Source of the DNA: Azolla caroliniana
Taxonomy: Eukaryota > Plantae > Polypodiophyta
NCBI GenBank assembly: GCA_043228905.1
Contig: JBHGNT010000010.1
Span: 6,758,001-6,822,000 of the forward strand
DNA: 64,000 nt
Reading direction: 5' to 3'
The notes under the pieces were generated by a model. The model made no database searches. It saw nothing but the letters and a program-made list of their open reading frames with translations, and was not told where the DNA came from. Below, piece by piece: positions 25,378 to 37,117 of this stretch (position 1 is the first letter of the stretch; every line of letters starts with the position of its first letter). The translations under genes were made by a program, and so were the position numbers.

Positions 25378-25658
25378 AGAACATAAACTCAATTCAAAAT
25401 AAGTCTAAAACTCTGTCCATACAATGTGCTATAACATCACTATTTATACAAAGTCCATAAAGGACTGTCAGCAGTATTGACAGGTACTTCAATGCTCATA
25501 TGAGCGACTGACACTAACTACGAGACAATGATTACCTAGTAGTCTAGGTTACTACTAGGCTTCCGGTTCCCGCTCGAATCTGACTCATCCTTCCGAATGC
25601 CGATTTGACTCAAGCTTATTCAGCCGATCCGGATCCGGTTGAGCTTGCTTGCTCAACA
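25238..25658. mobile_element. Solo LTR (421 bp)
   Basis: TGTCAAAG...CTCAACA with near-TSD CCATT/CCGTT and internal (AG)n. The empty site is visible in repeat copy B near 45457. Confidence 0.8.
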
Positions 25659-25918
25659 CCGTTTGTAATAGAAATTACTTGGCATGGTTCTAAGAGAGAA
25701 TTGTGAAATACTGGATGTATCCATAATTGCTTGGCCAAATCAACCTCTTCTAAAGTATTTCTCGTCCTCGGCCACAATCCGAATTCGAGAAGAACATCTA
25801 TCCTTCCGACGTCTTGCTCTTATTTTTGACATGATTCTCTTCAACCAATAACATTGATTGGAAGTCGAAGAATGATGGTGGGTTTTCTCTTATAAAAAAT
25901 GTTGTCCTTATTGGGTTG

Positions 25919-28900
25919 TGTTGAAAAACAGTGCTCGGCCACAACCGAGGAATAGGATCAACTCACAGAAAACGGGAAATACAAAGTGCACGGGGACAAT
26001 AGAGAGAAAGGTACACTGGATATTTTACGTGGAAAACCCTAAATGGGAAAAACCACGGGAGTCCTCAAACTCCAACTATCACTATGAACAGGGATGTACA
26101 CTGGTGAAGCTACAAGGCAACAACCTTGAGCTCACTGTCTTCGCCACAGGCGGCGGTAATACACAGAGGCAACGACCTCTTCGTCTCTCTCTCTCTCTCT
26201 CTCGGCTGCTCTCACTTCGCATAAAAATGAGCAACAACAACAAAACTGTTTGCCCTAAGTCATATTTATACACATATGACTTTCGGGCTATTTACAAATA
26301 TGGCCTCAAGGGCCCTTGGCAAACATATTCACAAATATGTCCCCGCATCCGGATCTCTCTCCGGGTACATTCATCATCCGGCTCCGTAGCCGGGGTCTTC
26401 GTCATCCGGCTCCGTAGCCGGGTCTTCGTCATCCGTCTCCGTAACCGGGCACTCTTCATCCTCCGGTTCCGTAACCGCAACCGGGCTTGCCGTCATTCAT
26501 CTCCGGACATCCCATCCGGAGGGACCGAAATCCCAACAAACTCCCCCTTCACTTCGGCATGGGATGTCTCTCCAATCCGATCCTCTTCCGGCATGCTTCC
26601 AGCTTGTCGGGTGTGAGCACCTTGGTCAGCATATCCGACCCGTTCTCGTCCGTGTGGACCTTCGTCAGCACGAACTCCTTGTCTTCTATCCTTTCCCGGA
26701 TCCAGTGGTATCTACGCTGGATGTGCTTCGTCCGGGAGTGATAGGCCGCGTTCTTCGCAAGGTGGATGGCACTCTGACTGTCGCAGTAGAGTCGGTACTC
26801 CTCTTGCCGGATACCGAGCTCTCTAATGAAGTCCTTCATCCATATTATTTCCTTGCCGGCTTCAACAGCCGCCATGTACTCCGCCTCCGTGGTTGACAAC
26901 GCAACCTTCTTCTGCAGCCTCGACTGCCACGAAACAGCTCCCCCTGCATACGTCATCACATACCCTGATGTGGACCGGCTGGTATCTGCATCAGCCGACA
27001 TATCCGAATCGGTAAAGCCGTCGAGTTCGGGCTTACCGGAGCCGAATCGGAGGCACACGTTTGCCGTGCCCTTCAGGTATCGGAGTATCCACTTGACCGC
27101 GTTCCAGTGCTCCTTGCCGGGATTGCTCATGTACCGGCTCACCACTCCGACTGCGTATCCTATGTCCGGTCTTGTACACACCATAGCGTACATCAAGCTT
27201 CCGATGGTAGAGGCATATGGTACTTTCATCATGTCCTCTTTCTCAGCCTTTGTCTTGGGGCTTTGCTTGCTGGACAACTTGCAGTTTGCCGGGAGAGTTG
27301 ATCCGACCGGTCTTGCTTCCGACATGTTGAACCGGTGAAGCACCTTTGTTACGTACTTCTCCTGTGACAGCCACAACTGCTTCTTCTTCCGGTCTCGGAT
27401 GATGTGCATCCCTAGTATTTGCCTCGCCGGACCCAGGTCCTTCATTGAGAAGGTTCGGTGAAGTGCTTTCTTCAGCATCCGTATCTTGCCCTGGTCCCGT
27501 CCGACGATCAACATGTCGTCCACGTACAGGAGGAGTATTAGAGAGTCTCCTCCTTCGAACTTCTTCACAAACACGCAGTGATCGGACTGCGTTTTGTGGT
27601 ACCCTTCGTCGGTCATGAAGGAGTCGAACTTCCGGTACCATTGCCGGGGAGCCTGCTTCAGTCCGTAAAGGCTCTTCTTCAACCGGCATACCAGGTGCTC
27701 CTTCCCTTTCTTCTCGAATCCTTCCGGTTGCTGTATGTAGATCTCTTCTTCGAGGTCACCGTGAAGGAATGCCGTCTTCACGTCCATCTGTCCTACCTCG
27801 AGGTCCATGCTTGCCGCTATGCTCAGCACCGTCCGGATGGAGGTCATCTTCACTACCGGGGCAAATATCTCGTCGAAGTCGACGCCCTTCTTCTGCTGAA
27901 ACCCCTTCACCACGATCCTGGCTTTGTATCTCGGGGGATTTCCGGCATCTCCCGGTTTCAGCTTGAACACCCACTTGTTTCGAAGTGCCCGCTTTCCTTT
28001 CGGCAACTCCACAAGTTCATATGTGTGGTTCTCATGCAGGGAATCCATCTCGTCCTGCATGGCACTCAACCACCTGCGGCTCTGGGTGTCATGCTTTGCT
28101 TCTTCAAAGCTCTCCGGCTCCCCCTCGTCGGTTAGCAGCACGTGCTCTGGTTCCGGAAATCTCCGGGGGGCCCTTCTCTCTCTTAGAGGATATCTCCGTT
28201 CCGGAGCTTCGGTAACCGGTTCTCCCGATTCTTCTTCATCCGAATCCATTTCGGGATTGGGGCCGGTTCCGGTATCATTTTCATCTTCTTCGGCCGGTTC
28301 TGTTTCTTCACCATCTTCGGCCGGATCCTCGAGTGCTAACCGGTCCCTTGCCGGTCGGGACTGCTCCTCGTAGAGTTGATCCTCACCGGTCGACTTGGAG
28401 CTCTTCATCTTCTTCTCCGACTCCCAGTCGGCGAGTGTCTTGTTCTCCATGAAGATGATATCACGACTCCGGAATATCTTCTTGTCGACCGGGTCCCATA
28501 CTCGGTAGCCGAACTCGTCGTCGCCGTATCCGAGGAATATGCATGGCCGGGTCTTAGGATCTAACTTTCCTCTCCGGTCCTTTGCCACATGCACGTATGC
28601 GAGACACCCGAACACCTTCAGATGCCGGTAGGACACTTCCTTACCGGTCCACACTTTCTGCGGCGTGTCTCCGTCCAAAGGTACTGAGGGTGATCTATTT
28701 ATCACATACGTCGCCGTCGACATTGCCTCAGCCCAAAATCCCTTGGGTAATTTCGCATGTGCTAGCATACTCCGGACCCTCTCCATTATGGTCCGGTTCA
28801 TCCTCTCGGCCAGCCCGTTCAGTTCCGGCGTCTTCGGCACAGTAAACTCGAGCCGGATTCCCTTCGAGCGACAGTACTCCGCGAACTGCCCCCGGTATTC

Positions 28901-31273
28901 CCCTCCGTTATCCGCTCGTATCGCTTTCAGCTTCTTGCTGGATTCTCTTTCCACTCTCGCGTGGAGTTCTTTGAAGACGGACAATACTTGGTCCTTTGTC
29001 TTCAACGGTGCCGTCCACAGCTTCCGGCTGTGATCATCAATGAATGTTACGAAGTACTGGGCTCCGCCATGTGACTTCGTTTCTACCTGACACACATCAG
29101 TGCGTACCAACTCCAATGGTACACTACGTCTCGTCGGTGGCCTTGAGTGGAAGGAGGCTCGGTTTTGCTTACCGGCCAGGCAGTCGGTGCACTTCTCCAG
29201 GTGCACATGCTTCACTGGAATAAGGTTGTCTTCTGCAAGCCTCTTCATCCCCTTCTCACTCATGTGGCACAGTCTCTTGTGCCACAGCTCTCCGGCAGTG
29301 TCGGCTGCCACGTTCAGCTCCTCCGGACATAGCCGGGAATTCATCAGGTACAGTGTATTGACCTTCCGGGCCCGAGCCACTATCAGGTTCCCTTTGCTGA
29401 ACTTCATGACACCGTTCCGGATGCTACCCGTGTAGCCTTCATCATCTAGCCTCCCGGCCGAGATCAGGTTCAATCGGACCTCCGGAACGTGTCGAACATC
29501 CTTCAGCAGCATCTTGCATCCGGTTGATGTCATCAGCCACACGTCTCCTATGCCGGCAATCCGGCATGTGCCTTCATTTCCCATCCGGACACAGCCGTGC
29601 TCACCGGCTGTGTAGGATGAGAAGTATTTCTTCTCCGGGGTCAGGTGGAACGACGCTCCGGAATCGACCACCCAGGTCATCTCTTCACCGGCAAGGTTCA
29701 GCTCCGTCTCTTCGGTAATGAGCATTATCTCTTCTTCACTTGCCGCGAGTGCCGTCGTTCCTTTCCGGTCCTGCCCTCGCCAATCCGGACCTCTCCGGTC
29801 CGTGGCTCCCCGGTATGCACCGTTTCTCTCCGGTGACTTCTTCGAATCGGTGTCGTCGGATCCGTTGTCCTTTCGGTAATGCCGACAATTCTTCCGGAAG
29901 TGCCCCGGCTTCCCACAGTGGAAGCAGGTGGGTCTTCCTCTTGACTGCGACCGGGTCCCCGACTTCTCCCGTCTCTGCGGACTCCGGTTCCAGTGTCTTC
30001 CCCATTCCGATTCGGTAAGCAGCATCTTTGGATCGGAAACCGGTTCTTTATCTCTCCGACGCGCTTCTTCGTTCAAAATGCTTGTCTTTACCGTTTGTAG
30101 AGACAAGTTATCTTCGGTGCAGGAGGTGCTGAGAGTCACCACCAAGTTCTCCCAGCTTTCCGGCAATGTACACATCAGAATGATGGCTTGCATTGCATCC
30201 TCCAACGGGAACTTGATCGCCGCAAGCTGGTTCACGAATCCCATGAACGTGCTCACGTGTTCCACCATATTCTCGCCGTCCCGGTACTTGAGGTTCACTA
30301 TCTTCCTCATCAGGGAGGTCCGGTTCAACGCATTCTTCCTCTCGTAGAGGCCCGACAGCTTCTTCCACATCTCATATGCGTTGGTGTCGTTCGCCACATG
30401 TTGTAGGACGCTTACATCGACATATTGCCGAATCGTCGCTACGGCTTTCCGGTTCAGGAGCTTCCACTCCGACTCTATTACTCCCTTGGGTATCTCGGCA
30501 TTGTCGATCGGTTCGTACAGGTCTTGGACGATGAGAAGGTCTTCCATCTTTATCTTCCAGTCGGCGTAGTTCTGTGAGTTCAACACCATCATGCCCGGAG
30601 GCCCACTACCGCCGCCTTCCATTTTCTGTGTTACCGTCGCTCTGATACCAGTTTGTTGAAAAACAGTGCTCGGCCACAACCGAGGAATAGGATCAACTCA
30701 CAGAAAACGGGAAATACAAAGTGCACGGGGACAATAGAGAGAAAGGTACACTGGATATTTTACGTGGAAAACCCTAAATGGGAAAAACCACGGGAGTCCT
30801 CAAACTCCAACTATCACTATGAACAGGGATGTACACTGGTGAAGCTACAAGGCAACAACCTTGAGCTCACTGTCTTCGCCACAGGCGGCGGTAATACACA
30901 GAGGCAACGACCTCTTCGTCTCTCTCTCTCTCTCTCTCGGCTGCTCTCACTTCGCATAAAAATGAGCAACAACAACAAAACTGTTTGCCCTAAGTCATAT
31001 TTATACACATATGACTTTCGGGCTATTTACAAATATGGCCTCAAGGGCCCTTGGCAAACATATTCACAAATATGTCCCCGCATCCGGATCTCTCTCCGGG
31101 TACATTCATCATCCGGCTCCGTAGCCGGGGTCTTCGTCATCCGGCTCCGTAGCCGGGTCTTCGTCATCCGTCTCCGTAACCGGGCACTCTTCATCCTCCG
31201 GTTCCGTAACCGCAACCGGGCTTGCCGTCATTCATCTCCGGACATCCCATCCGGAGGGACCGAAATCCCAACA
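25919..31273 (-). mobile_element. Intact young Ty1/Copia LTR retrotransposon (Tnt1/Tork-like), GC-rich
   Basis: 620-bp LTRs at 25919-26538 and 30654-31273, no differences seen. Perfect TSD GGTTG. PBS TGGTATCAGAGC (30650-30639) and PPT at 26541-26549. Confidence 0.97.
26549..30622 (-). CDS. Copia Gag-Pol polyprotein, 1357 aa
   Basis: Uninterrupted ORF from MEGGG. Zn knuckle CFHCGKPGHFRKNC, protease VDSGAS, integrase HHCC and ADNGGEY/NGLAER, RT LLYVDDML, RNase H TDSD..STTEAEY..CDSQSAI. Confidence 0.95.
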   Translation of the reverse strand: MEGGGSGPPGMMVLNSQNYADWKIKMEDLLIVQDLYEPIDNAEIPKGVIESEWKLLNRKAVATIRQYVDVSVLQHVANDTNAYEMWKKLSGLYERKNALNRTSLMRKIVNLKYRDGENMVEHVSTFMGFVNQLAAIKFPLEDAMQAIILMCTLPESWENLVVTLSTSCTEDNLSLQTVKTSILNEEARRRDKEPVSDPKMLLTESEWGRHWNRSPQRREKSGTRSQSRGRPTCFHCGKPGHFRKNCRHYRKDNGSDDTDSKKSPERNGAYRGATDRRGPDWRGQDRKGTTALAASEEEIMLITEETELNLAGEEMTWVVDSGASFHLTPEKKYFSSYTAGEHGCVRMGNEGTCRIAGIGDVWLMTSTGCKMLLKDVRHVPEVRLNLISAGRLDDEGYTGSIRNGVMKFSKGNLIVARARKVNTLYLMNSRLCPEELNVAADTAGELWHKRLCHMSEKGMKRLAEDNLIPVKHVHLEKCTDCLAGKQNRASFHSRPPTRRSVPLELVRTDVCQVETKSHGGAQYFVTFIDDHSRKLWTAPLKTKDQVLSVFKELHARVERESSKKLKAIRADNGGEYRGQFAEYCRSKGIRLEFTVPKTPELNGLAERMNRTIMERVRSMLAHAKLPKGFWAEAMSTATYVINRSPSVPLDGDTPQKVWTGKEVSYRHLKVFGCLAYVHVAKDRRGKLDPKTRPCIFLGYGDDEFGYRVWDPVDKKIFRSRDIIFMENKTLADWESEKKMKSSKSTGEDQLYEEQSRPARDRLALEDPAEDGEETEPAEEDENDTGTGPNPEMDSDEEESGEPVTEAPERRYPLRERRAPRRFPEPEHVLLTDEGEPESFEEAKHDTQSRRWLSAMQDEMDSLHENHTYELVELPKGKRALRNKWVFKLKPGDAGNPPRYKARIVVKGFQQKKGVDFDEIFAPVVKMTSIRTVLSIAASMDLEVGQMDVKTAFLHGDLEEEIYIQQPEGFEKKGKEHLVCRLKKSLYGLKQAPRQWYRKFDSFMTDEGYHKTQSDHCVFVKKFEGGDSLILLLYVDDMLIVGRDQGKIRMLKKALHRTFSMKDLGPARQILGMHIIRDRKKKQLWLSQEKYVTKVLHRFNMSEARPVGSTLPANCKLSSKQSPKTKAEKEDMMKVPYASTIGSLMYAMVCTRPDIGYAVGVVSRYMSNPGKEHWNAVKWILRYLKGTANVCLRFGSGKPELDGFTDSDMSADADTSRSTSGYVMTYAGGAVSWQSRLQKKVALSTTEAEYMAAVEAGKEIIWMKDFIRELGIRQEEYRLYCDSQSAIHLAKNAAYHSRTKHIQRRYHWIRERIEDKEFVLTKVHTDENGSDMLTKVLTPDKLEACRKRIGLERHPMPK

Positions 31274-32094
31274 GGTTGAACTTGTTGGAACTAGTTGTCA
31301 ACAGCTGAACAAATCAGCACTCTCAGTCGAAGATCTTTGTAACACTCAATCAATAACCGAGAGGAATAACAGATTGAAGAAGACAAAGAAAACTTAGACA
31401 TGAGACAAGATCAAGTAATGTATGCAACAGTGAGAGAAGAAAGATTTAGGCACACCAAGATGTAATTGTGTTATTCTCAGAGTTACAATAACACAATATA
31501 CAAAATGTACAACCACCTAAAACTAGGTTACAAGAGTTAGTTTAAATACCAAATGATTTATGGCAACTATCCTTTCCACTATTTACATAAATAGACTAAA
31601 ACCTAGTATGTCCAATAGGACAGTGTGAATACGGCCATTATACACCTGTATTCAACACTCCATCGTAATGGGCATATATAACAAAAATCTGTAAACAAGA
31701 TGAACAAAAAATACAAATTTATACAAGGTTGTCGGACAAGTCCAAATCAGCAAAATATGGGATTAGAAGGCCAAATCGGCCGGGGCCGGAAGAGATGAAG
31801 CCGAATCTCGAATTGTTGATGTTGACTGTCTGAAACCATCCTGAATGTCCGACTCAATCAGACTGTTTCTTTGTTATGCCCATCTAGTGTTGATGGGATC
31901 GAAACCGATCCACCAGAAGACACTTGGTCATCCCATCTGTGAACATTGTCGGCTGTAGGTATCTTCTTGAGGCTGATTTTCCTAGAAATGATGCGGTTCC
32001 GAACAAAGTGATATCTCACGTCAATGTGCTTTGAGGCATTGTGTTGAACCAGATTTTTTGATAGAGCGACAACACCCTAATTTTCAACAGGCAT

Positions 32095-32700
32095 TGTATC
32101 ATGGCATGGGACAAATGTGGATGCTCACACTTCACACATTATACTACACATGTTGCACCTAACTACAAAACCATATTCTTTACGGAACGGGGAAATTGTA
32201 CACATTGATACATGTTAGAGCCCATACCATTATCTGCCATTCGAACCATTGCTTCCATGAGACTTAGCTCACATGCATTGCGATGTGAGATAGGGCGTTG
32301 GGGCACAAGTGATGAGAGTGGTCGGCTATGCACACTTTGCCCTAAACAAGTTCGTGAGTCTGAGTATCACACTTTGATACAATGCTCTGCCTTTGATCAT
32401 ATTTAACCATGCTTTCCACATCTCTTCGACCGAGCCCAATCTTTGCATGAATTCCTCTCACAACCACAATGTGCACTCTCGATTGTAACATTCATTGGTA
32501 AAGTTCTTGAACATCGAGAGTCACTACTCACTTTCACAAAATGTAATATTTTTGGTCTCATAGGTCATATTTGACCTCCGAAGAGGATAATATAATCTAT
32601 CTTCTTGAATCTTGTCACAATGCATATCTCTATCTTGATCACCACTCATGTTGTTCGTTGGACTCACAAGCAAGTCCTCGATCATATTCCGCAAAATCAA
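32095..32700 (+). mobile_element. 3' fragment of an RTE/RTE-X-type non-LTR retrotransposon
   Basis: RLSSHALRCEIGRW...RLCTLC...ESEYHTLIQC is the C-terminal CCHC motif typical of RTE-X-like LINEs. It interrupts the old Copia RNase H. Boundaries are approximate. Confidence 0.6.
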
Positions 32701-35700
32701 CTTCAATACTCAACAAAAGTTGACTTGTCGAAACGTGTGCAGTGTGCACTAGCCGACCGAGCCATAAGGCCTCTTTCACCACGTTGGGCGCGACTACATA
32801 TTCGGTCTCAATTATTGACATAACAGTGCATCCATGAAGTTTCGACTTCCATGAGATTGCTTAATTGCCGAATTTAAACCAATATCTGGTTGTCAATTTT
32901 CGATTGTCCCCATAGCCGGCAAAGTCCGAGTCGATATAACTGACTACGCCTGAAGTATCATTCGGGCCGAATAGGATGCCATAGTCTTTTATGCCCACTA
33001 GGTATCTGAACACATGCTTTACTGTGTTCCAATGCGATCGATCAGGATTATGCAGGAATCTGCTAACGACTCCTACGACATGAGCAATGTCAGGCCGTGT
33101 CACAACCATCGCGTACATCAAGGAGCCGACTATCGGTGCATATAGTACCAACTTCATATCTTCCCCCTTCGGAAGTCTGGATGTCAGACAGTCTCACTGA
33201 GATAGTCGAAGACTAATTGGGAGCGGGGTTGAAGAAGATATGGCTGATTGCATGTTCAACGTTGTCGTAGTGTGAATCACACACTACGTGAAATATGTAA
33301 AATACTATATCTAATTTAAAGTACGTATAATAAATAAAATAAACTATTAAAAAATATTTATTACATGCATAGGGCAAGATTCAAACCGTATACCTCCACA
33401 TAGACAAACCCCAACCTTACCATTGTACTAACTTATCCTAAGTGTTTTAAATATAGATTTAATACGTATAAGACCTTTATTTACGCCTACCTTTATTAAA
33501 AGGTAAGTCATGCATTTTTTTTAGAATGCGTGAATACTTTATTTATAAGAAAAATGTACACCAATAAAAAATGACTCATGCACATCTGACGAGCGTGAGC
33601 ACTATATTTAGGAAATAAAAGCATAGTGTAAAAAGGCAACTCATGCACATTTAGTGTGCATGAACACTTTAGAAAAAGCATGAAGCTATGCTTAGCCTCT
33701 TCCATCCTTATATAAGGAGGAGAGAATGATGTATGGGGGTTGTTGATTATTTTACAAGGGTTGATTAATATAATATATTTGTGGGATTCACGAATTTGCT
33801 AACTATTTTTCACTCTTAATCTGAGTACTCACTAATACACTATACTCGTGGGATTCACGAGTTTTTCATATATTTCTTTCTTACAATATATTTCATATTC
33901 TTAATTGCCTTAGAATTTTCTTTTCTCCTAGTCCAAAACCTCAGTGGTTCTCACCCGATTCACGCAATGATCCGGAGCCAAAAGGCACGACACAAGTGGT
34001 GAATCCGACGTGAACACGGGTGGCAAGGAGATGGAAAATCAACCGGAGGCTAACAACATGATGATGATGTTCAAGCGGATGCTTCAAGAACAATGTGCGA
34101 TGTCGGAGATAGCGGCGGCAGTAGAGCAACTCGTGCAACGGATCGGGCAATTCAACGGAAAGGACGTATCACGCTATCTTCGGGACTGGACTACAAGGCG
34201 GAAATGATACGGTGCGGGATTTCAGAAGGACTGCAAGTGACATCCTTCAAGGAAGTATCCACGGGCTACGACAACAAAATCCAACGTGGGAAGCGTTTGA
34301 AGAGGCGCTAAAGACCACGTTCGCTATCGAGGACTCCTCCAAGGCAACGCGGAGAGGATTCGAGGATTGGGTGGAAACGCCGGACAAGGGGATGAAGGTC
34401 CTCGATGTGTTTTCGGCATTCGAAAGTTAGTTCGGGAGGTTGTCTGCGAGAGATCAAGCTATCCTTGCACCGGACAAAGTTATCATGTTCTTACGAGCCG
34501 TAGACGTCTGGGACCGGAAGGATCTTGGAGTGCTGCTAGAGGATATAACTATCAAGAGTGGCCTCACCGAAACATGGGAAAGCGACAACCGCGGGAATAC
34601 GTGTTGGGGAGTCATCGGGAGCAAAGGTGTCTTTTTGGCCAGAAGTGCTAGAAAACACCGAGAAAACCGACTCCAACGAGATCCAAAGCACCGCGGAAGG
34701 CATCCGGGAAGCTACGGGATGGGAGTGCCCCATCGATAAGAATAGCGTATACGCCCTATGTCAATTACATGAGGTGTATGTGGACAAGAAGCGGCGACAC
34801 ACGAAGGATGCAACCGGACCATCGAAGACACCGGAGAGCTGGAACTCCGACGGAAGAGGGAAAGGAAAATCAATTCCGACATTCAAACTCGCTTTGAACA
34901 TCGAGCAACGGACGGACATAAAGAAAGTGTTCGAGGAGAGAATCCTCGACAGCCGGGTAGATTTTTCACTTCGGGAACTACTCGAAATAGCAAAAAAGGA
35001 GTTCCATGATCTTCTTGTGGATTTCGTAAAAAGAAAAAGGCAAACTACGGAGGAAAAAGCGCCGATGGTGAATGCAAATACCGTTCTGATGAACGACACC
35101 GAAGTGGAGGACGAGATTCCGAATTCCCACTATACAAAGCCACACTGGGCGCGTGCAACTACGGAGACTCCGGTCCGAATCGGCAACATCAAAGAGCCCG
35201 TGCTAGCATTGATTGATCACGGATCGGAGATCAATTTGATGTCCAAAGAGTTCTACCGGAAGGGGAAGTGGCCTATTAACACCAATCATGGATGGAAGAT
35301 CCGGGCGGCCACTAAAGCAACGGAAGATCTATTTGCGGCTTGTCCGGATGAAACTATGGATGATCGGGGATGCTAAAAGTTCATAGTCGACCATATTCAT
35401 GATTGTGAGAAAGTGCTTCGAAAATTAGAAGATGTGCACCTAACACTTTCTAGTGAGAAATCGGCATTTGGGCAAGAAGAAATATTGGTAGTCGGACATC
35501 TATGTGGGCCCTACGGCCGAAGACCGTCACCAACCAAGATCGATGCGATTCAAGCTATGAAAGAAGTATGCGAGTCACAATCCGAAGTCCGAAGGTTTCT
35601 TGGAGCATGTGCGTTCTATCACATATGGATTCCACACTATGCACATATTGCGGACCCACTCTATCACTTGTTGCGGAAGGGTAAGAAGTTCGAATGGAAA

Positions 35701-37117
35701 CCGGAGCATACCAAAGCCGTGAAGAAGCTCAAGAAATCACTACGGAGGGCAAAAGCACTAAAGAAGCCGAACTATGACCGACCGATCATAGTAACGGTTG
35801 ACACAAGTCCAACCGGAATCGGATGGGTCATCAATCAAACCGATCCGGATGGTTCACGATATCCGATCCGATTCGGAGCAAAGGTTCTCAACGAAAGGCA
35901 ACGCGGATATTCACAAGTCAAAAGAGAATTATGGGGAATCGTGTTGGCAATCAAATTGGATCGAGATTATTTGATCGGAGCCGAAGTAGTGATCGAAATG
36001 GATTGTCTTCCGATACTCGGGATGATGCGGTGTTGCACGATACCGGATGTGGCTATACTAAGATGGATTGCATATGTTAAGTCGCTTAATTCGGAGGTAC
36101 GACACATCTCCGGAAAAGACAACGCGGTATCGGATATGCTATCAAGGGCGCGGTTCGGAGATGACATAACCGATTCCGATAATGAAGAAGTTTCTGAAGA
36201 CTACTTTACTTCGGAGCACATATGCCGGGTAAATGTAATCTGAGAATTCCGGGAAGAAGAATACGAGGTAGAAAGCTTGCTGATTGGGAAAGTGCTACAA
36301 GAAATTGAGGAATCATCGGACAATAAAGAGAAGAGAGCCGAGATCCGAAGTAAGAAGCGGCAAGTCCGAAAGTTCTTCTTGAAAAATGGATTAATATGGA
36401 GGGAGCTGAAAAGACCGGATGACATACCACTTCGGGTAGTCGGGACGAAAGAGCAACGAAACCGGATAATGTCCGAATTTCACGAATCCGATTGGGCTGG
36501 ACATCGAGGAACATGGTCAACTTTTGTGAAAATCAAACAAAAATATTGGTGGAAAAACATGTACAAAGATATAGCGGAATTCACGGAAAGCTGCGAGAAG
36601 TGTCAAATCTACTCCGGAGTTCGACACCGAGATGAGTTACATCCGACATTCTCACCAACAATCAACTTCAAATGGATGGTCCATATTGTAGCCATGCCAA
36701 CTGGGATTGGACAAAAGAAGTACTTGGTGTTAGCTCGGGAAGATCTCACAAACCAAGTAGAAGGTCGGGCGCTACGAAGGAAAACATGTTCTGCAGTATG
36801 CCAATTTCTTTTGGAGGAGGTGTTTTGTAGGTACGAGTGCGTAGGACAAGTGATTGCGGATCGGGGAGAACTCGACTCTGATAAAGCTAAGGAATTCTTC
36901 ACCAAACATGGAGTTCGGTTAACACTGACAACGGCATACAATCCAGAAGCCAATGGGAAGATCAAACGAGGACATAGTCCGATTGTCAAAGCACTTGCAA
37001 AGGCATGCGATGGAAGGGTGAAGGATTGGCCGTAGATGCTTCCGTATGCACTATGGGCGGATCGGACGACGCATAGCTCCGTAACCGGTTACATGCCGCT
37101 AGAACTCATGACCGGAC

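Larger units (their letters stand above)
23690..25700. repeat. Dispersed repeat copy A with (GTCC)n head, internal tandem array and two solo-LTR insertions
   Basis: Colinear with 44885-45500 (GAAGCTGGCC.CATACT...GAATCATTACTCTTAAAGAAAAGCACCACAACGAGCC...GTAATAGAAATTACTTGGCATGGTTCTAAGAGAGAA). Confidence 0.75.

Noticed and set aside
25918-26616. 232-aa and 208-aa antisense ORFs in the Copia LTRs
   Set aside because: Non-ATG start at the LTR edge, running through microsatellite and GC-rich repeats, with no recognisable domain.
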